Of a stretch of 64,000 bases of DNA, positions 1 through 14,192 are shown one piece after another (within the stretch, counting starts at the first letter, position 1; each line of letters begins with the position of its first letter). The position numbers were made by a program, and so were the translations under genes. The DNA comes from the human T2T-CHM13v2.0 reference genome, Homo sapiens, in assembly GCF_009914755.1 (NCBI RefSeq), contig NC_060944.1. One strand, given 5' to 3'. The notes under the pieces were generated by a model. It worked only from the letters and a program-made list of their open reading frames with translations, did not search any database and was not told the origin of the DNA.

Positions 1-100
1 CCTGTACAGCCTGCAGAACCATGCGCCAAATAAACCTCTTTTCTGTGTCACTTACTCAGCCTCAGGTGTTCCTTTATAGCAACACCAATGGATTAAGACA
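1..100 (+). mobile_element. 3' end of an MST-type MaLR LTR, cut by the window edge
   Basis: cctgtacagcctgcagaaccatgcgccaaataaacctcttttct...tttatagcaacaccaatggattaagaca resembles the MST LTR terminus (AATAAA, ends in CA). Confidence 0.8.
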
Positions 101-764
101 ATGGGATATTACCAAGGCTCTGGACGATTTGTGGGTGGGGACAGCCGCTGGTGTTTGACTCCTGCATCCTGCAAATGTGATGAGGAGTGTTGCGCAGACA
201 CCTTGGGTGAGCATCAGAACCCCATGGAAAGCCCTGTGGTGGTCCTGGGGCTCGGCCCCACTTGAGGGGTTAACAGCACCACTGTCTGTTGTTCTGGTCC
301 ACTGATGGAGCCCTCCCCATGCCGGGTGCTGCACCGTACCAGCTGGGTTCATCTGCATGACCACCCTAGGCAGGAGGCATGTTACTAACCCTCCTTTCAC
401 AGAGTTGGGGTGCTGACATAGGACAGTTTGGCACTGCCACTACCTTAGTGGCCCTGGAGGAGCCAGGATTGATGGGGGGCAGCCTTCAGAGCCCAACCCT
501 CCACCCCATCCTCTGTATCACCTTGGAACCAGCCCCCCATGGAGACCTGGTATACCCCGTTGCCTGGAGAGTCCACATTTCTAATCCTTAGCCATCAGCT
601 CTGTGACACTGGACCATTTTGTGGCCTGTGTGACCTTTCCTACCTCCATAGGAGGGAGATGCCAGGTCCATCTCATGAGGGCCTGGAAGACCCAGCAGGG
701 TGATCCATGTCCCTGTGTATGGAGGCACCAGGCTCTGGAAACACCAAGGCTTGCTGGCTTGCTC

Positions 765-826
765 TTATTTATTAATTATTTATTAGTTATAATTATTTAT
801 TTAATTAATTATACTTATTTATTAAT
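765..826. repeat. AT-rich low-complexity tract
   Basis: ttattttattaattatttattagttataattatttatttaattaatt... Confidence 0.7.
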
Positions 827-3815
827 GTAAACACATCAGGCCCTGCTCCGCCAAGCAGACCCCAGTCCTGCCAGAGCTGCCCTCCTGCTCTCCTCCTCCT
901 CTTCTGGTCCCTGTGAAGTGACCTGCCTGGCTGCTGATATTTGGGAAAGGTGAGTTGCTCTCCCAACCCCAGGCTCCAGAGGCTCCCGGCGGGGAGACTG
1001 TCAGATAGCAACTCCATGTTCCCGACGCATGACCGGACCTCCAGAGCCAGTGGTACTCGTTTCCACATGGCCCCGGCTGTTGACGATGACCTTAAGCTCC
1101 CCTGACCAATCTCCTCCAGAATCTGGCCCCCAGATGTGGAGAGGGCCGGCCGACCTTTGCGGCAGTCATTTTTCCATCAGAAGGTGGCTTGATTTGATGG
1201 GTTTTATGGTTTTGTTTAGATACTTTCTCCCCTAATGGTCTTTACATTTCTTATGTGTGGCCCAAGATCTTTTGGCAAAAGGCAGGCTTTAAAAATTGAA
1301 TAAATAAATTATGGAGAATGGCTTATTTAAAGCTCTGTTAGGCTGATGGGGGAGAGAGGCGGCAGTGAACGTAAGTTACCGGCTATCGTTATTTATTAAT
1401 CAGGTGTTGGTATGATTGGATTACGCCGTATCCTATTTAATGCTTGGGCAGCGATGAACTGATGGGGTTTAGAAGTAAGTTGTTCTGAGGATAGGCCTTC
1501 TGCAGCCTGCAGCTTCTTCTCAGGTTATCTTATTCTTTTCCATCTTCCCTCAGATACAAAGAAGGGATTATATAACTTGTTTTATCTAGTTCTTATATTT
1601 TAAGATAAAAATGGAATACCAGTGCTGGGCCGAAGGCTATAAAATTGTGATCAAGAGTCCGTAAAATTATAGAACTTATGTTTTCTTGAGAAGAGAGAGG
1701 ATTCACAATGACTTTTTCCTTAAAGGTGCTGGACACTTAAGGACTGACCCGCACAGACGTGTAAGATACTCTTCCATGTGGAGCAAAAAAAATAGAGTTA
1801 TGTGCTTGAAAGGTTAATGGCTGGTAAACGTCAATTTTCTTCAATCCTGGCTAATAAAAATAGCTTATAAGACATAAAATGTCATGCTGCCAAAATTACA
1901 GGGGCCTTTGAAATCCATTTTGAAGTCTCGTATCCTTCGTAAATGGTAGTGGGGTGGGGGTAGTGTGAGCTTCAAGTGTTTTTTTGTCATGGTTGAGTGA
2001 TGGCACCTTTGCGGGGAGGTCGAGGCAGCTCTGGAGTGGTGAGGATGTCTTCCTGTCTTCCTCTGGGGTGTTTTTGGGTTAAACGTTTACCATCCTCTGG
2101 ATTCATAGTCTGGGAAACTTTCTGAGGCACATCTTTATTGCGGTCGATCTAGCCGCCCTGACACACTTGGACCCTACGGGGCAATGTTAAATACTATAAG
2201 CACAATATTCTCTAAAAATCTCATTTCTAAATATGATGGCAGTGACAGGCTTTTGGTAGAATCCCTGACATTAGAATGGGTCTGTCTTCACTTTTTGGGT
2301 TGGAATTTCAGCACGTCAAGATTTTGGAACTCTCCAGGGTTTTAAAGGGATGGACTGGGGGGCTGGGAGAATAAGGACTTCTTCCTATCGGCATCTCTAC
2401 CCCCATGGCCCCATCTCATCTGCTTTACTTGGGATGCAAGTTTGAGGGGACAGCGCAAAGGTTCTGCGACGAGAGCAAATGTGGAGAGCCTGGCTTCCGA
2501 AATAATTGCTGATCGTGAGTTAATTTCCCAGTGCCCTTTGGGGCTGGCATCCTCTGCTGTATTAAATCCAGCCCATTGACAATGGCGCTCCTTCTTCCTA
2601 AGTGATAGAAGACAGCCCTCAGCATCCAGCCCTGCTGAGTCAGCACAGCAGAGAGGACAGCAGGCTGTCTTTGTCATTTCTTTGTGAGCAGAGGATTAAA
2701 TTGCCCTGTGGGCTGGCACGGAGCCACAGGCCGTGGCTTTGCATCCTACAACGTGAGGCCCCGGCCTGGGGGTTCTCAGGTCTGTGCTCACATCCCAAAC
2801 ATCTCCCACGCTCTCCCCCGGCCTCTTCTTACAGCGGTGCGTGAAGCCACGTGAACTGAACATCAGAATTTGATTTTTCCACCCCACCAACCTGGAGGTT
2901 GTGCCTTACCCTGGGCAAGTGAGAGAAGGTGCCCCTCACGAGATGGTTCTGTCACAACGCCATGGTCCTGGTTTTGCCTTTTTGCAATGGAAAGATGAAA
3001 ACGAGGTGTCGCTGAGCTCTCCCCTCAACGTGCCAAGATTCTGTTTTCGGGGATAGGCTGGGACTCCGGGCTGACCCACATGGGTTTGCACGTGCTATGT
3101 TTAAACAAGGCAGCTCGCTGATTGGGGGCAGGGTGGGCAGGGAGCCGTGTGCATGGAGGACGGCCAGAGAGAGCGGGGGACCGGGAGGCAAGGCGCTGCT
3201 CTTGTACTTGGTGGCTTCCTTCTTTCACTTAAAATTGTGTCATTAATGGCTTTTCCTCCTTTTACAAAAGAAGCCCCAAGAAGAGTTTTTTCATGCCAGG
3301 CCTCCTCCTCCTCCTCTTGGCAGCCCCGAGGCTGCAGCCTGCTGGCACTCAGGATTGTCAGAGACATGCCCCATTGTTGGATTCTAAAAGGAGGATTCTG
3401 AAAGGATATCAATCTCCGACTTGCACATAAAAAGTCCCCCAGTGGCTTTCTAAGGTTGTGGCTTCAAGGAGGCACTAATTAATCACTTCCTCCAGCCCCA
3501 GTGGAATGGAGGGGCTACTTCTGAGATAGGGAGGCTGCAGTCGCCCCCTGTCTATCTGCTCCTCTCTGCCAGGCAGAAAATTACATTATTTCCTCATTTT
3601 GAAAGGTGCTTGTTTTGTCAGGAAGACATCCCTTCCGTGCAGTTATCTAGGAATTGTCTTATTGCATTTCTCCCTTATCAGTTTTGAAATAATATTATTT
3701 CCTTCTTGCTTAAATGCCATATGGGTCAAAACTTTTGTTGCTGGAAAATGGCACCATCAATGAATGCATTGTTTGTTGCAGAAGTTCCTGGTCACCCTCA
3801 GAGGTGATAAATGCC

Positions 3816-6800
3816 CAGTTTAGGGGATACCATGGGCAGTTTGAGGGAGTACTATGCACAGTTTGGGGAAGTACCCTGGGCAGTTTGGAGGATTACTGTG
3901 TGCAGTTGTTTGGGGGAGTACTCTGTGCAGTTTGGGGGAGTACCATGCGTAGTTTGGGGGAGTACTGTGTGCAGTTTTGGGGAGTACCATGCACATTTTG
4001 GGGGAGTACTATGTGCAGTTTGGGGGAGCACCATACGCAGTTTGGGAGAGTACCATGCGCAGTTTGGGAGAGTACCGTGTGCAGTTTGGGGGAGTACCGT
4101 GTGCAGTTTGGGGGAGTACCGTGTGCAGTTTGGGGGAGTATTGGGGGAGTACCATGTGCAGTTTTGGGGAGTACCGTGTGCAGTTTGGGGGAGTATTGGG
4201 GGAGTACCATGTGCAGTTTGGGGGAGGACCACGTGCAGTTTGGGGGAGGACCATGTGCAGTTTGGGGGAGTATTGGGGGAGTACCACGTGCAGTTTGGGG
4301 GAGGACCATGTGCAGTTTTGGGGAGTACCGTGTGCAGTTTGGGGGAGTATTGGGGGAGTACCATGTGCAGTTTGGGGGAGCACCATGCGCAGTTTGGGAG
4401 AGTACCTTGTGCAGTTTGGGGGAGTACAGTGTGCAGTTTAGGGGAGTACCGTGTGCAGTTTGGGGGAGTATTGGGGAAGTACCATGTGCAGTTTGGGGGA
4501 ATACCATGTGCAGTTTGGGAGAGTACCTTGTGCAGTTTGGGGGAGTACCGTGTGCAGTTTAGGGGAGTACCGTGTGCAGTTTGGGGGAGTATTGGGGGAG
4601 TACCATGTGCAGTTTGGGGGAGGACCATGTGCAGTTTGGGGGAGGACCATGTGCAGTTTGGGGGAGTATTGGGGGAGTACCACGTGCAGTTTGGGGGAGG
4701 ACCATGTGCAGTTTTGGGGAGTACCGTGTGCAGTTTGGGGGAGTATTGGGGGAGTACCATGTGCAGTTTGGGGGAGGACCATGTGCAGTTTAGGGGAGTA
4801 CCGTGTGCAGTTTGGGGGAGTATTGGGGAAGTACCATGTGCAGTTTGGGGGAATACCATGTGCAACTTGGGGGAGTACCATGCACAGCTTGGGGGAGTAC
4901 CGTGTGCAGTTTGGAGGAGTACCGTGTGCAGTTTGGGGGAATACCGAGTGCAGTTTGGGGAAGTACCATGGGCAGTTTGGGGGATTACTGCGTGCAGTTT
5001 TTTGGGGGAGTACTGTGTGCAGTTTGGGGCAGTACTGTGTGCAGTTTGGGGGAGTACCATGTGCAGTTTGGGTAAGTACCATGGGCATTTTGGGGAAGTA
5101 CCATGGGCAGTTTGGGGGAGTACTGTGCACAGTTTGGAGGAGTACCATGTGCAGTTTGTGGTAGTACCATATGCAGTTTGGGGGAGTACTATGTGCAGTT
5201 TGGGGGAGTACCATGTGCAGTTTGGAGGAGTATTGTGTGCAGTTTGGGGGAGTACCAAGCACCCTTTAGGGGAGTACCATGTACAGTTTGGAGGAGTATT
5301 GTGTGCAGTTTGGGGGAGTACCATGTGCAGTTTTGGGGGGTACCATGCACAGTTTGGGAGAGCACCATGCACAGTTTGGGGGAGTACCGTGTGCAGTTTG
5401 GGGGAGTACCATGTGTAGTGTGGGGAAGTACTGGGGGAGTACTGTGTGCAGTTTTGGGGAGTACTGTGTGCAGTTTGGGGGAGTATTGGAGTAGCATGCG
5501 TAGTTTGGGGAAGTACCATGTGCAGTTTGGGGGAGTACTGTGTGCAATTTGGGGAGTACCATGTGCAGTTTGGGGGAGCACCATGCACAGTTTGGGAGAG
5601 TACCATGTACAGTTTGGGGGAGTACCATGTGCAGTTTGGGGGAGTACCATATGCAGTTTGGGGGAGTACTATGTGCAGTTTGGGGGAGTACCATGGGCAG
5701 TTTGGGGGATTACTGCATGCAGTTGTTTGGGGGAGTACCGTGTGCAGTTTGGGGGGAGTACTGTGTGCAGTTTGGGGGAGTACCATGTGCAGTTTGGGGG
5801 AGTACTTTGTGCAGTTTGGGGGAAGACCATGTGCAGTTTAGGGGAGTACCGTGTGCAGTTTGGGGGAGTATTGGGGAAGTACCATGTGCAGTTTGGGGGA
5901 ATACCATGTGCAACTTGGGGGAGTACCGTGCACAGCTTGGGGGAGTACTGTGTGCAGCTTGGGGGAGTACCGTGTGCAGTTTGGAGGAGTACGGTGTGCA
6001 GTTTGCAGGAGTACCGTGTGCGGTTTGGGGGAATACCGAGTGCAGTTTGGGGAAGTACCATGGGCAGTTTGGGGGAGTACTGTGTGCTGTTGTTTGGGGG
6101 AGTACTGTGTGCAGTTTGGGGCAGTACTGTGTGCAGTTTGGGGGAGTACTGTGTGCAGTTTGGGGGAGTACCATGTGCAGTTTGGGGAAGTACCATGGGC
6201 AGTTTGGGGGATTACTGCATGCGGTTGTTTGGGAGAGTACTGTGTGCAGTTTGGGGCAGTACTGTGTGCAGTTTGGGGGAGTACTGTGCACAGTTTGGAG
6301 GAGTACCATGTGCAGTTTGGGGTAGTACCATATGCAGTTTGGGGGAGTACTATGTGCAGTTTGGGGAAGCACCATGTGCAGTTAGGGAGAGCACCATGCA
6401 CAGTTTGGGGGAGTACCGTGTGCAGTTTGGGGGAGTACCATGTGTAGTTTGGGGGAGTACTGGGGGAGTACTGTGTGCAGTTTTGGGGAGTACTGTGTGC
6501 AGTTTGGGGGAGTATTGGAGTACCATGCATAGTTTGGGGAAGTACCATGTGCAGTTTGGGGGAGTACTGTATGCAATTTGGGGGAGTACCGTGTGCAGTT
6601 TGGGGGAATACCGTGTGCAGTTTGGGGGAGCACCATGCGCAGTTGGGGGGAGCACCGTGCGCAGTTTGGGGGAGCACCGTGCGCAGTTTGGGAGAGTACC
6701 GTGCGCAGTTTGGGGGGAGTACCGTGAAGCAGTTTGGGGGAGTACTGTGTGCAGTTTGGGGAGTACCATGCACAGTTTGGGGGAGTATTGGGGGAGTACC

Positions 6801-7117
6801 GTGTGCAGTTTGGGGGAGTACCGTGCACAGTTTGGGGGAGTATCATGTGCAGTTTGGAGTACTGTGTGCAGTTTGGGGGAGTACCATGCGCAGTTTGGGG
6901 GAGTACCCTGCGCAGTTTGGGGGAGTACCCTGCGCAGTTTGGGGGAGTACCATGCGCAGTTTGGGAGAGTACCATGCGCAGTTTGGGGGAGTACCATGCG
7001 CAGTTTGGGAGAGTACCATGCGCAGTTTGGGGGGAGTACCGTGTGCAGTTTGGGGGAGTGCCGTGCGCAGTTTGGGGGCGTATCATGTGCAGTTTGGAGT
7101 ACTGTGTGCAGTTCGGG
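3816..7117. repeat. Large G-rich minisatellite, 22-bp unit GCAGTTTGGGGGAGTACCATGT with interspersed 11-bp TTGGGGGAGTA half-units (~3.3 kb, ~150 units)
   Basis: Direct reading; produces all the repetitive ORFs between 3714 and 7182. Confidence 0.98.
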
Positions 7118-10100
7118 ACACCTGACTGTGCTTTTCTGAAGGATCCTGGATTCTGAGCATCACTGGGGGTGGAAGCAAACACTTATCTACTGATTTGCTA
7201 ACATATTGCACTGTTAATCTCAACTTGCCTTCTCCCAGTGGAACTGCTCTTGGTGAGACTGTAGCTTCTCTCTAGGAAGTGATTTGATTTTTGATGTAAG
7301 GAAAAGGATTAGTGTGGCTGGATTTTGATAAGGCTGGCCGCCTGGCACATCAGCGACACTCTCATCCCATCAGTATCACTGACAGCGGGTTCGTTATGCA
7401 GGAGCACTGCAGAGCGGTGATACGGGACGTGCAGAGATAATTGTAGTTTTGCTATTTAAAAAATAAGTCTAGTGCTTTACAATGTTTAAGTGATAACCTG
7501 TTTAGAAAAACTCACAGTGCCTGTCTTTTGGCACAGAAAAACCTCTTCTAGCAGCTTGACTTGGATTTTATTAATCTATTTTTATTTTCCTGAGTATAAA
7601 TTGAAGTCTCATTTCTGTTTGAACTCTTAAGCTAGAACTTAAGACCGGAAGTGCACATTTGCACTTTCAAACTCAACATATTTCCAGGGGTTTTATAGCA
7701 ATGTTGGGCTTATGCCTTTGCTTTTCAGTGATCTCCAGCTTTGAGATTAGATGCACTTGGTTAGACTCAATGTAAGTAGCTTGCTCTATGGTGGGTGTTT
7801 TTTGATCAAGGTGCTAATCTTGGTGTTTACCTGGGGTTGTGAGAAGAGAGGATTAGGAGGCCGCACTTGAGCAGTGGCTAAATCCCATGCTATGTCGCTG
7901 CTGTCTTTCTGTCCCCACCAGGAGAATGACAGGGCCGTGCCTGGCATCCCTATGCCATTCTTGGGATGATGTTCTGTGACTCTCTCACTGGCTTTGCTGC
8001 TTCTCTTGTGGCCAAGTCAGCTGTTTTGATGGGATGGACATCCATGGAGGCCAAGAATGGTGGTCCTGGGCAGTGGAGATTCCATCACTGTGGCTCTAAG
8101 AACTCCACGGGGTCAGGGGCTGTTGGGCAGAGGGAGGCACAGGAGCCAGCAAGATGCTGCACTTTTCATGAATGGATCACATTGTTCATTGCTGTTATTG
8201 GGGTTTTACTTCCTAGACACCTGTGGGTTCCTGGATATCAAAGTAGTTGTAGTCATCTTTGTCCCATTCAGCAGGGGATCCTAGAGACTCTCAGGTTCTC
8301 TAAAAGCTTTGAAGGCTCTGCTCTATGCAGATTAAAGTCCAAGTGCACCATTCCAGGCCCTCCATGCAGTGGTCCCCAGGCCTCTGTCCCTTTTTCCCTG
8401 TCACACGCCCACCCCCTTCTAGGCACCAGCACTGGTCTGCCTGCTGAGCTTGCTAGAACTTGCTAGCCCTTCCCTCATGTGTTCCTTTGTTTTGGCTGCC
8501 ACCTCTGACTGGCTTGCCATTTCCCCTGTGGGAATCTTCCAGGGCTTCTGAATTTAAGAGTTACTCCTCCACTGAGCCCTCTTTTGCGTCCTCTCCCTTC
8601 CCCTCTACCTGAGCTAAGTAAGATGAATTATTTCCACCTCTTTTGTCTCAGTTTTATTACAGTGTATAATGATATAATGTTTTTATACTCTCTTCTGCGT
8701 CTTCCTAAATTGTGGCCTTGTTGTGACTTTGTGTGTGCGTGTGTATGCATGTGTTAGATAGCAGCGAGAGAAGTGTGAGGGGTGTGTATGATGGAAATGG
8801 GGAGAGAGAAAACTACCTCAGTGCACTCACATGAAGCCTTCTTCCCAGGAGGGAATCTTCATAATGAAAAGGAGAGGAGCCTTCTCCCACCTCGTGGAGG
8901 GGGTGGCAGTGGTGGAAGGCTGGAACTGACAAGCAAGGAAATATGAAAGGATTATAATTGGAAAAAGATGGGCATAAAATGAAAAAGCCAAAGTATGTTT
9001 TATTTTGCACCTGTGTATTCGGGCTTGCTCGGTTTATTTATTAAGCCGTTATCAAAGTAAAGTAAGACAAGTGAGTCTTAGTCTAATGAAATTGCCCCTC
9101 TGTGGGCCATGTTGGCATCAGGTATCCAGAGCATAATTGGATAACAATGACAATTACTGTGTCGGGAGTTTCAGCACTGGACGGCCTCCGCTTTCCTGTG
9201 CTTTCTGTGCGGTGTAGCTCATGAGCGTTCTGATGGAGCAGGGGAGGGCCGGCTTTTCCAGCTCTGGTTCCGACTTGGAACTGCAGGGTGGGTGCCGATC
9301 GGGCCTAATGGGCCCTCACATCTCAGCCCCTGGCGTTGATCTCAGATTCAGAGCCTGCGTTATGGCCCAGGTGAAAAGCACGTCTGTTGCCATTTGATAA
9401 ACTTTCACTCAGTGGCAGTTTGCCTGCTCCGGGCATCTGTGAGCCAGGCAATTGTCTGTCTTGGGGTCAGGGGGCCAAGGAGCCCCACCTGTGACTCCTG
9501 CTTCATTTTTTAAAGTATGGACTCATTGCTTCTCCTGCCAGCCATCCTTCCCTGAGTAACTCCATTGCCTGTATCATTTCACTGCTGAGAATTGGGCACC
9601 TCTGTAAAAATTATATTGACCTGCAGGAACTAAGATCTGCAAGTGCCTGTGTGCTTAAATGTGCAGGAATCAAACTGCTTGGCTGATAACCTTTTATTGA
9701 TTCATCTCCTTTCACTGCTTTGATGAGCCTGAGGCCTCCTCAGATAAGGAATGGATGTGCTGGTGTTGTGGCCAGGCATGGAAGTTCTGACTCTAGATGT
9801 TAAAATGATGTGTTTGCAGACTGAGGACATGCACCTTTATCACGGTCCGTGGCGACCTCAGGCTGTGGCCCATCTGGCTGCATGGTGCAGCTGCCCCTTC
9901 TGCTCTGAGAGGCAGAGGCCCTCTTACGCCTGGTGCTCAGCCCTTGGGAAGTGGCTCAGCTTCCCTTTAGAGTCTCCCTGAAGTGTCTACAATAATTGTT
10001 CTGAGAATGTTCAAAATGCAAGGGAAATAGAGGCCATTTGGCAGGGACTTTGGGAGAGAAGGGGAGTGGTCCATGCAGGATCTTTTCTCCCCTCGAGAAC

Positions 10101-12557
10101 AAGGAGCTGAGACTTTGCTGGCTCCCCCTCCCCAGTCTGTGGGAGCCCAGTGGATAGAGGAAGAGCAGCCTCACAGCAGTCAGGCCTGCCTGGGCTGGCC
10201 GTGCCACTTACCTGGGAGGAGTTGATTTGAGGGACTTCTCTTCGTAGGTGGCAATGGCAAGTATTCTTACTGGGGAGATTCATGATTGACTTCTGGAGGC
10301 TTTGCCATAGCAGGGTTCAGTATGAGCAGCTGAAAGTGGATGCATCTGCCAGGGGAGCTGGGACCAGCGTGCTGAGAGTGGAGGGGCTTTGTGGCTCCCT
10401 TCTCTCTTATTCTAAGATCCTCCCCACAGGCCTCTATTTTGAGGGATGAGAAGCCAAGTAGGCATGACTGACGTTCCTGAGAGCTGCCCCATTAAAGTCT
10501 CTGTCACAGCCTTTTATTAAGCATGTTATTAAATGAGCATCTGGGAACATTCTACGTGGTGGGCAGAGCCAGGCTCCAGAGGGACACGGCGAGGCACTCA
10601 TGCTGTCTACCTGGCCATAACCCTGCCCCAGTGGGGCTTCCTGGACTCCCTCCCACCCACTTGGCTAGAACTCATTGGCCCTCCTTCCCTTTCTTTGGTT
10701 AGCACCTACCGAGCCTCCTCCCAGGCAGCAAGGAAACCTCGGCCTTTTCCCAGAGGGGCCTGGCAGCCCCTGCGTCTCTGGACCTCTGCTTTAGGGAACT
10801 GGCCCTGGGGTTTGTGTTACCCTCTTTCTCCAGCAAGAGGCTCAGCTCCTAGGGGTGGGGGCGGGGCCTTCCATTTCCCACAGTCACCCATGGGCGCTGG
10901 CTTCCTGAGTGGGGGAAGGCTCCTGCATCCTCTGTCTAGAGCAGGTCACCCTCAGTGTCCCCAGGGATGGGCCTCGACAGCAGGGAGCAGTGAAGCCAGG
11001 ACTGGGGGTCTCCACGAAAGCGCAGAGGACATTGTTTCCCGGGAACGTAGACATGGCCCATCCTTCCAATTTCCGAGAAATGGGGCAGTCTGGACCTCGA
11101 TGTGCAAGTTCCTTATTTTGTGACGTTCTGTGCACCAAGCACAGCACATCTGCAGGCTGAGCTGTGGGCGGCCAGGTGCTGCCTGCCGGCTGGGGCTGTT
11201 GTGAGTAACGGGGTGATTGCACAGATGCCAGGATTTCTGTGAGCCTGCCCTGCTTGAAGATACGGATACTCGGAGGGAAAGGGGACATCTTCACCAGGGC
11301 CTGTTGGTTGCAAGGAGATGGCCTTCTCAAGGCAGTGGAGACCCGGCCCAGTGTTAGCTGACTCCATCGGTGGGGTTGCCTGCAGCTGTGTGGGCGGGGC
11401 AGGCGGGAATGGCTGTGAAGTGCGGGGCCTCCCAGGTGGGACTGGGAACTCACCCACCCTGGGCTGTGAGTCTGCGTCTGCCAGCCTTGATTGGGTCTGC
11501 CAGGCTGGGTGGGGTGACCCTGGGCTGTGTGTGGGATGGGCTCTCTGAGCAGGATGGGAGGGTGAGAATTCAGGGCCAGGGTACACATAGGGTGATGGTG
11601 CGGGGAGTTGCATGGGAATGATGGCATATTTTCACCTGAGATGCCCAGGAAGGTGGAAAGAGAGGATGTGAACTGCCTTTTGTTCAAACATAGGCTGTTA
11701 GAGCCAGAAGCCACCCAAGCAGCCAATCCCTCTCTGGCGCCTCCCAAGGCGGGGGCGTGTGACGCGTGTGAGGACGCCAGGTGTAGGCCGCGGCACACAC
11801 AGCCCCTGCCTTGGAAGACGGTGCCCTGGTAAGTTCTCTTCCAACATGGCGGTGGGGGCCGATGTCCCCACTCTCACGAATCTTCCTTTTTCCTGTGGAA
11901 GGCAGGCTCCAACTAGAAAGCCAGGGTTTCACGGCTGTGAAAAATACTGTGTTTATTTATAAGCACAAGGCTGGGGTAGTGATATAAAGTTCCCTTTCAG
12001 ATACACGGACTTATGGGAAATAATGGAGCCAATTAAAATAAAAGCAGAGGCCCTGACATCTAGTGATGGGGATGTGGGGGCAGCACAGTTCCAGCACCCC
12101 TGGGCTAACGTGGCTTATGCAGCATCCCTGCGTGTGAAGCGCCGGCCACAGCGGCCTCCCTGGTGGGGGGTTTCGATGCTCTTGAGTCCCTAACAGCTCT
12201 CACCTCGCTACCCTCCCTGTTCCCCCGAGTGAAGGAGAGTAGGTGTCGGGGTCCAGGAACAGCTCACCCTGCCGCCCGCTGCCTGCTGCGTTCCTCTTTA
12301 GGGTGGCTTTGCTTTCTCTTTTTGTCTCCACTGCTGGCTTTCCATTTTCCAGGGTGACTAAATGTTTCCCATTTAAGTTATGAGTTATTAAAGGAAACTA
12401 GGAGGGACATAATGGTAGAAATGGCCTGCAGATGGGGCCTAACGCCTGGCTGGGGTCAGAGCTGGCACTGGAATTCCGGACAGCCCAGACGGAGAGGACC
12501 GTGCTTGGCTCTGTCATGGGCTTATGGCCTGGGAGGCTCCAGCGGGTTCTCACCAAG

Positions 12558-12921
12558 GGCCGTGGTCTCAATGTTGGAGTTCTCCCCAGATTCCTGTGTT
12601 GAAATCCTCACTGCCAAGCTGATGGTGTTAGCAGGTGGGGCTGTGGGGAGGTGAGTAGGTCACGAAGGTGCACCCCTCATGAGTGGGATGAATGCCCTTA
12701 CAAAAGGGACCCCAGAGAGGCCTGCTTCTCCTTCCCCCATGTGTGGAGACACAGCAGGAAGGCACCATCCATGAACCAGGAATTGGGCCCTCACCAGACA
12801 CGGAACCTGCCGGCGCCTTGACCTTGGACTGCTAGCCTCCAGAGCCATGAGCAACCAGTGTCTGTTGTTTGTGGGCCGCCCAAGGGAAGGAGCTTTGTGA
12901 CAGCAGCCAGAAAGACTGACA
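12558..12921 (+). mobile_element. MLT1A0-like solo MaLR LTR with 5-bp TSD CCAAG
   Basis: Follows the MLT1A0 consensus along its length (gttgaaatcctca...ggcaccatccatgaaccagg...gccggcgccttgaccttggact...gactgaca); CCAAG at 12553-12557 and 12922-12926. Confidence 0.85.
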
Positions 12922-13437
12922 CCAAGTGCTCCTGGTGGTCTGAGGTCCGTCCCAGCCCCGCCTCCCGGCAGCCATACATGGCCCAAGGGAGAAGTCAGGC
13001 AGTCACGTGCACTTGCTGCTGCCTCCAGGATGGCAGGATAAATCCTCAGTGTTGGGGGGCAAGGCTGACCACAAAGCAAACACCAAACCAAAGAGGGGCA
13101 TTCCCGCCACCTCCTCCCCTGGAGGGGACGCACCCCATCCCTGTGCTTTCATCATGAGGGGTTATGACCATGTCTTGTCTGCCATCTGACATGATTGCAG
13201 ACATGTTAGACACGAAAGAAAACACACTGGCTCTGCAGAGTTAGCAAGTCCTGGCCATGATTCTGAATCTATTTGAATGTTAGCTTGAAAATTCCAAACC
13301 GATGTGAAGGGAGTGGCCAGAGAACAGCAGCACACTGGGGGTTGGGCCAGTCAGCAGCCATGGTCACGTTGGAAGAAGGAAGAATGCACCTCGGAAGCAC
13401 GCATGGCATATTGTGGTTTCTCCTAAAAAGAAATTCA

Positions 13438-13729
<292 letters not shown>

Positions 13730-13896
13730 AAAGGAAATTCACCTTTGGCTCTATCCCTCTTACTTTCATAAAACATTCTGTATTTTCAAAATGCCAAAAA
13801 AATTATTGTTAAAGACTTTAGAAAACAGAAAAGTACAAAGAATAAAAGGGTAACTTCATTTCCCTCCTCTGAACAAACCACTTTTAATCTTTGGCA

Positions 13897-14192
13897 TGGT
13901 GTGTGTGTGTGCATGTGTGTGTGTGTGTGTGTATGTCTATCTGTACTTGTACCTGCACACACAACTGGATGAGCATGGTGTGTGTGTACACATGTATTGT
14001 GTTCATATGTACATATGTGGGTGCCTTGTGCACACGTGTGTGGCTGTGGGATGTTCGGATGTGCATGTGAGTTGGTGTGTGTGCATGCCCACAAGCATGC
14101 ATGTAAATGTGATGTGCTGTGTATGCACACGGATAAGCATGTGTGAAGGAGTGCATGAGAGTGGTGCATGGCTGTGGTGTGCACGTGTGTGC
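13897..14192. repeat. Degenerate (TG)n-rich simple repeat
   Basis: Direct reading. Confidence 0.85.

Noticed and set aside
3714-7182. Long ORFs (up to 678 aa) in all six frames
   Set aside because: They are translations of a stop-poor 22-bp tandem repeat, open on both strands, with no splice or domain evidence.
10884-11798. 304-aa minus-strand ORF
   Set aside because: No recognisable domain, a non-ATG start, and a composition expected by chance in GC-rich DNA.
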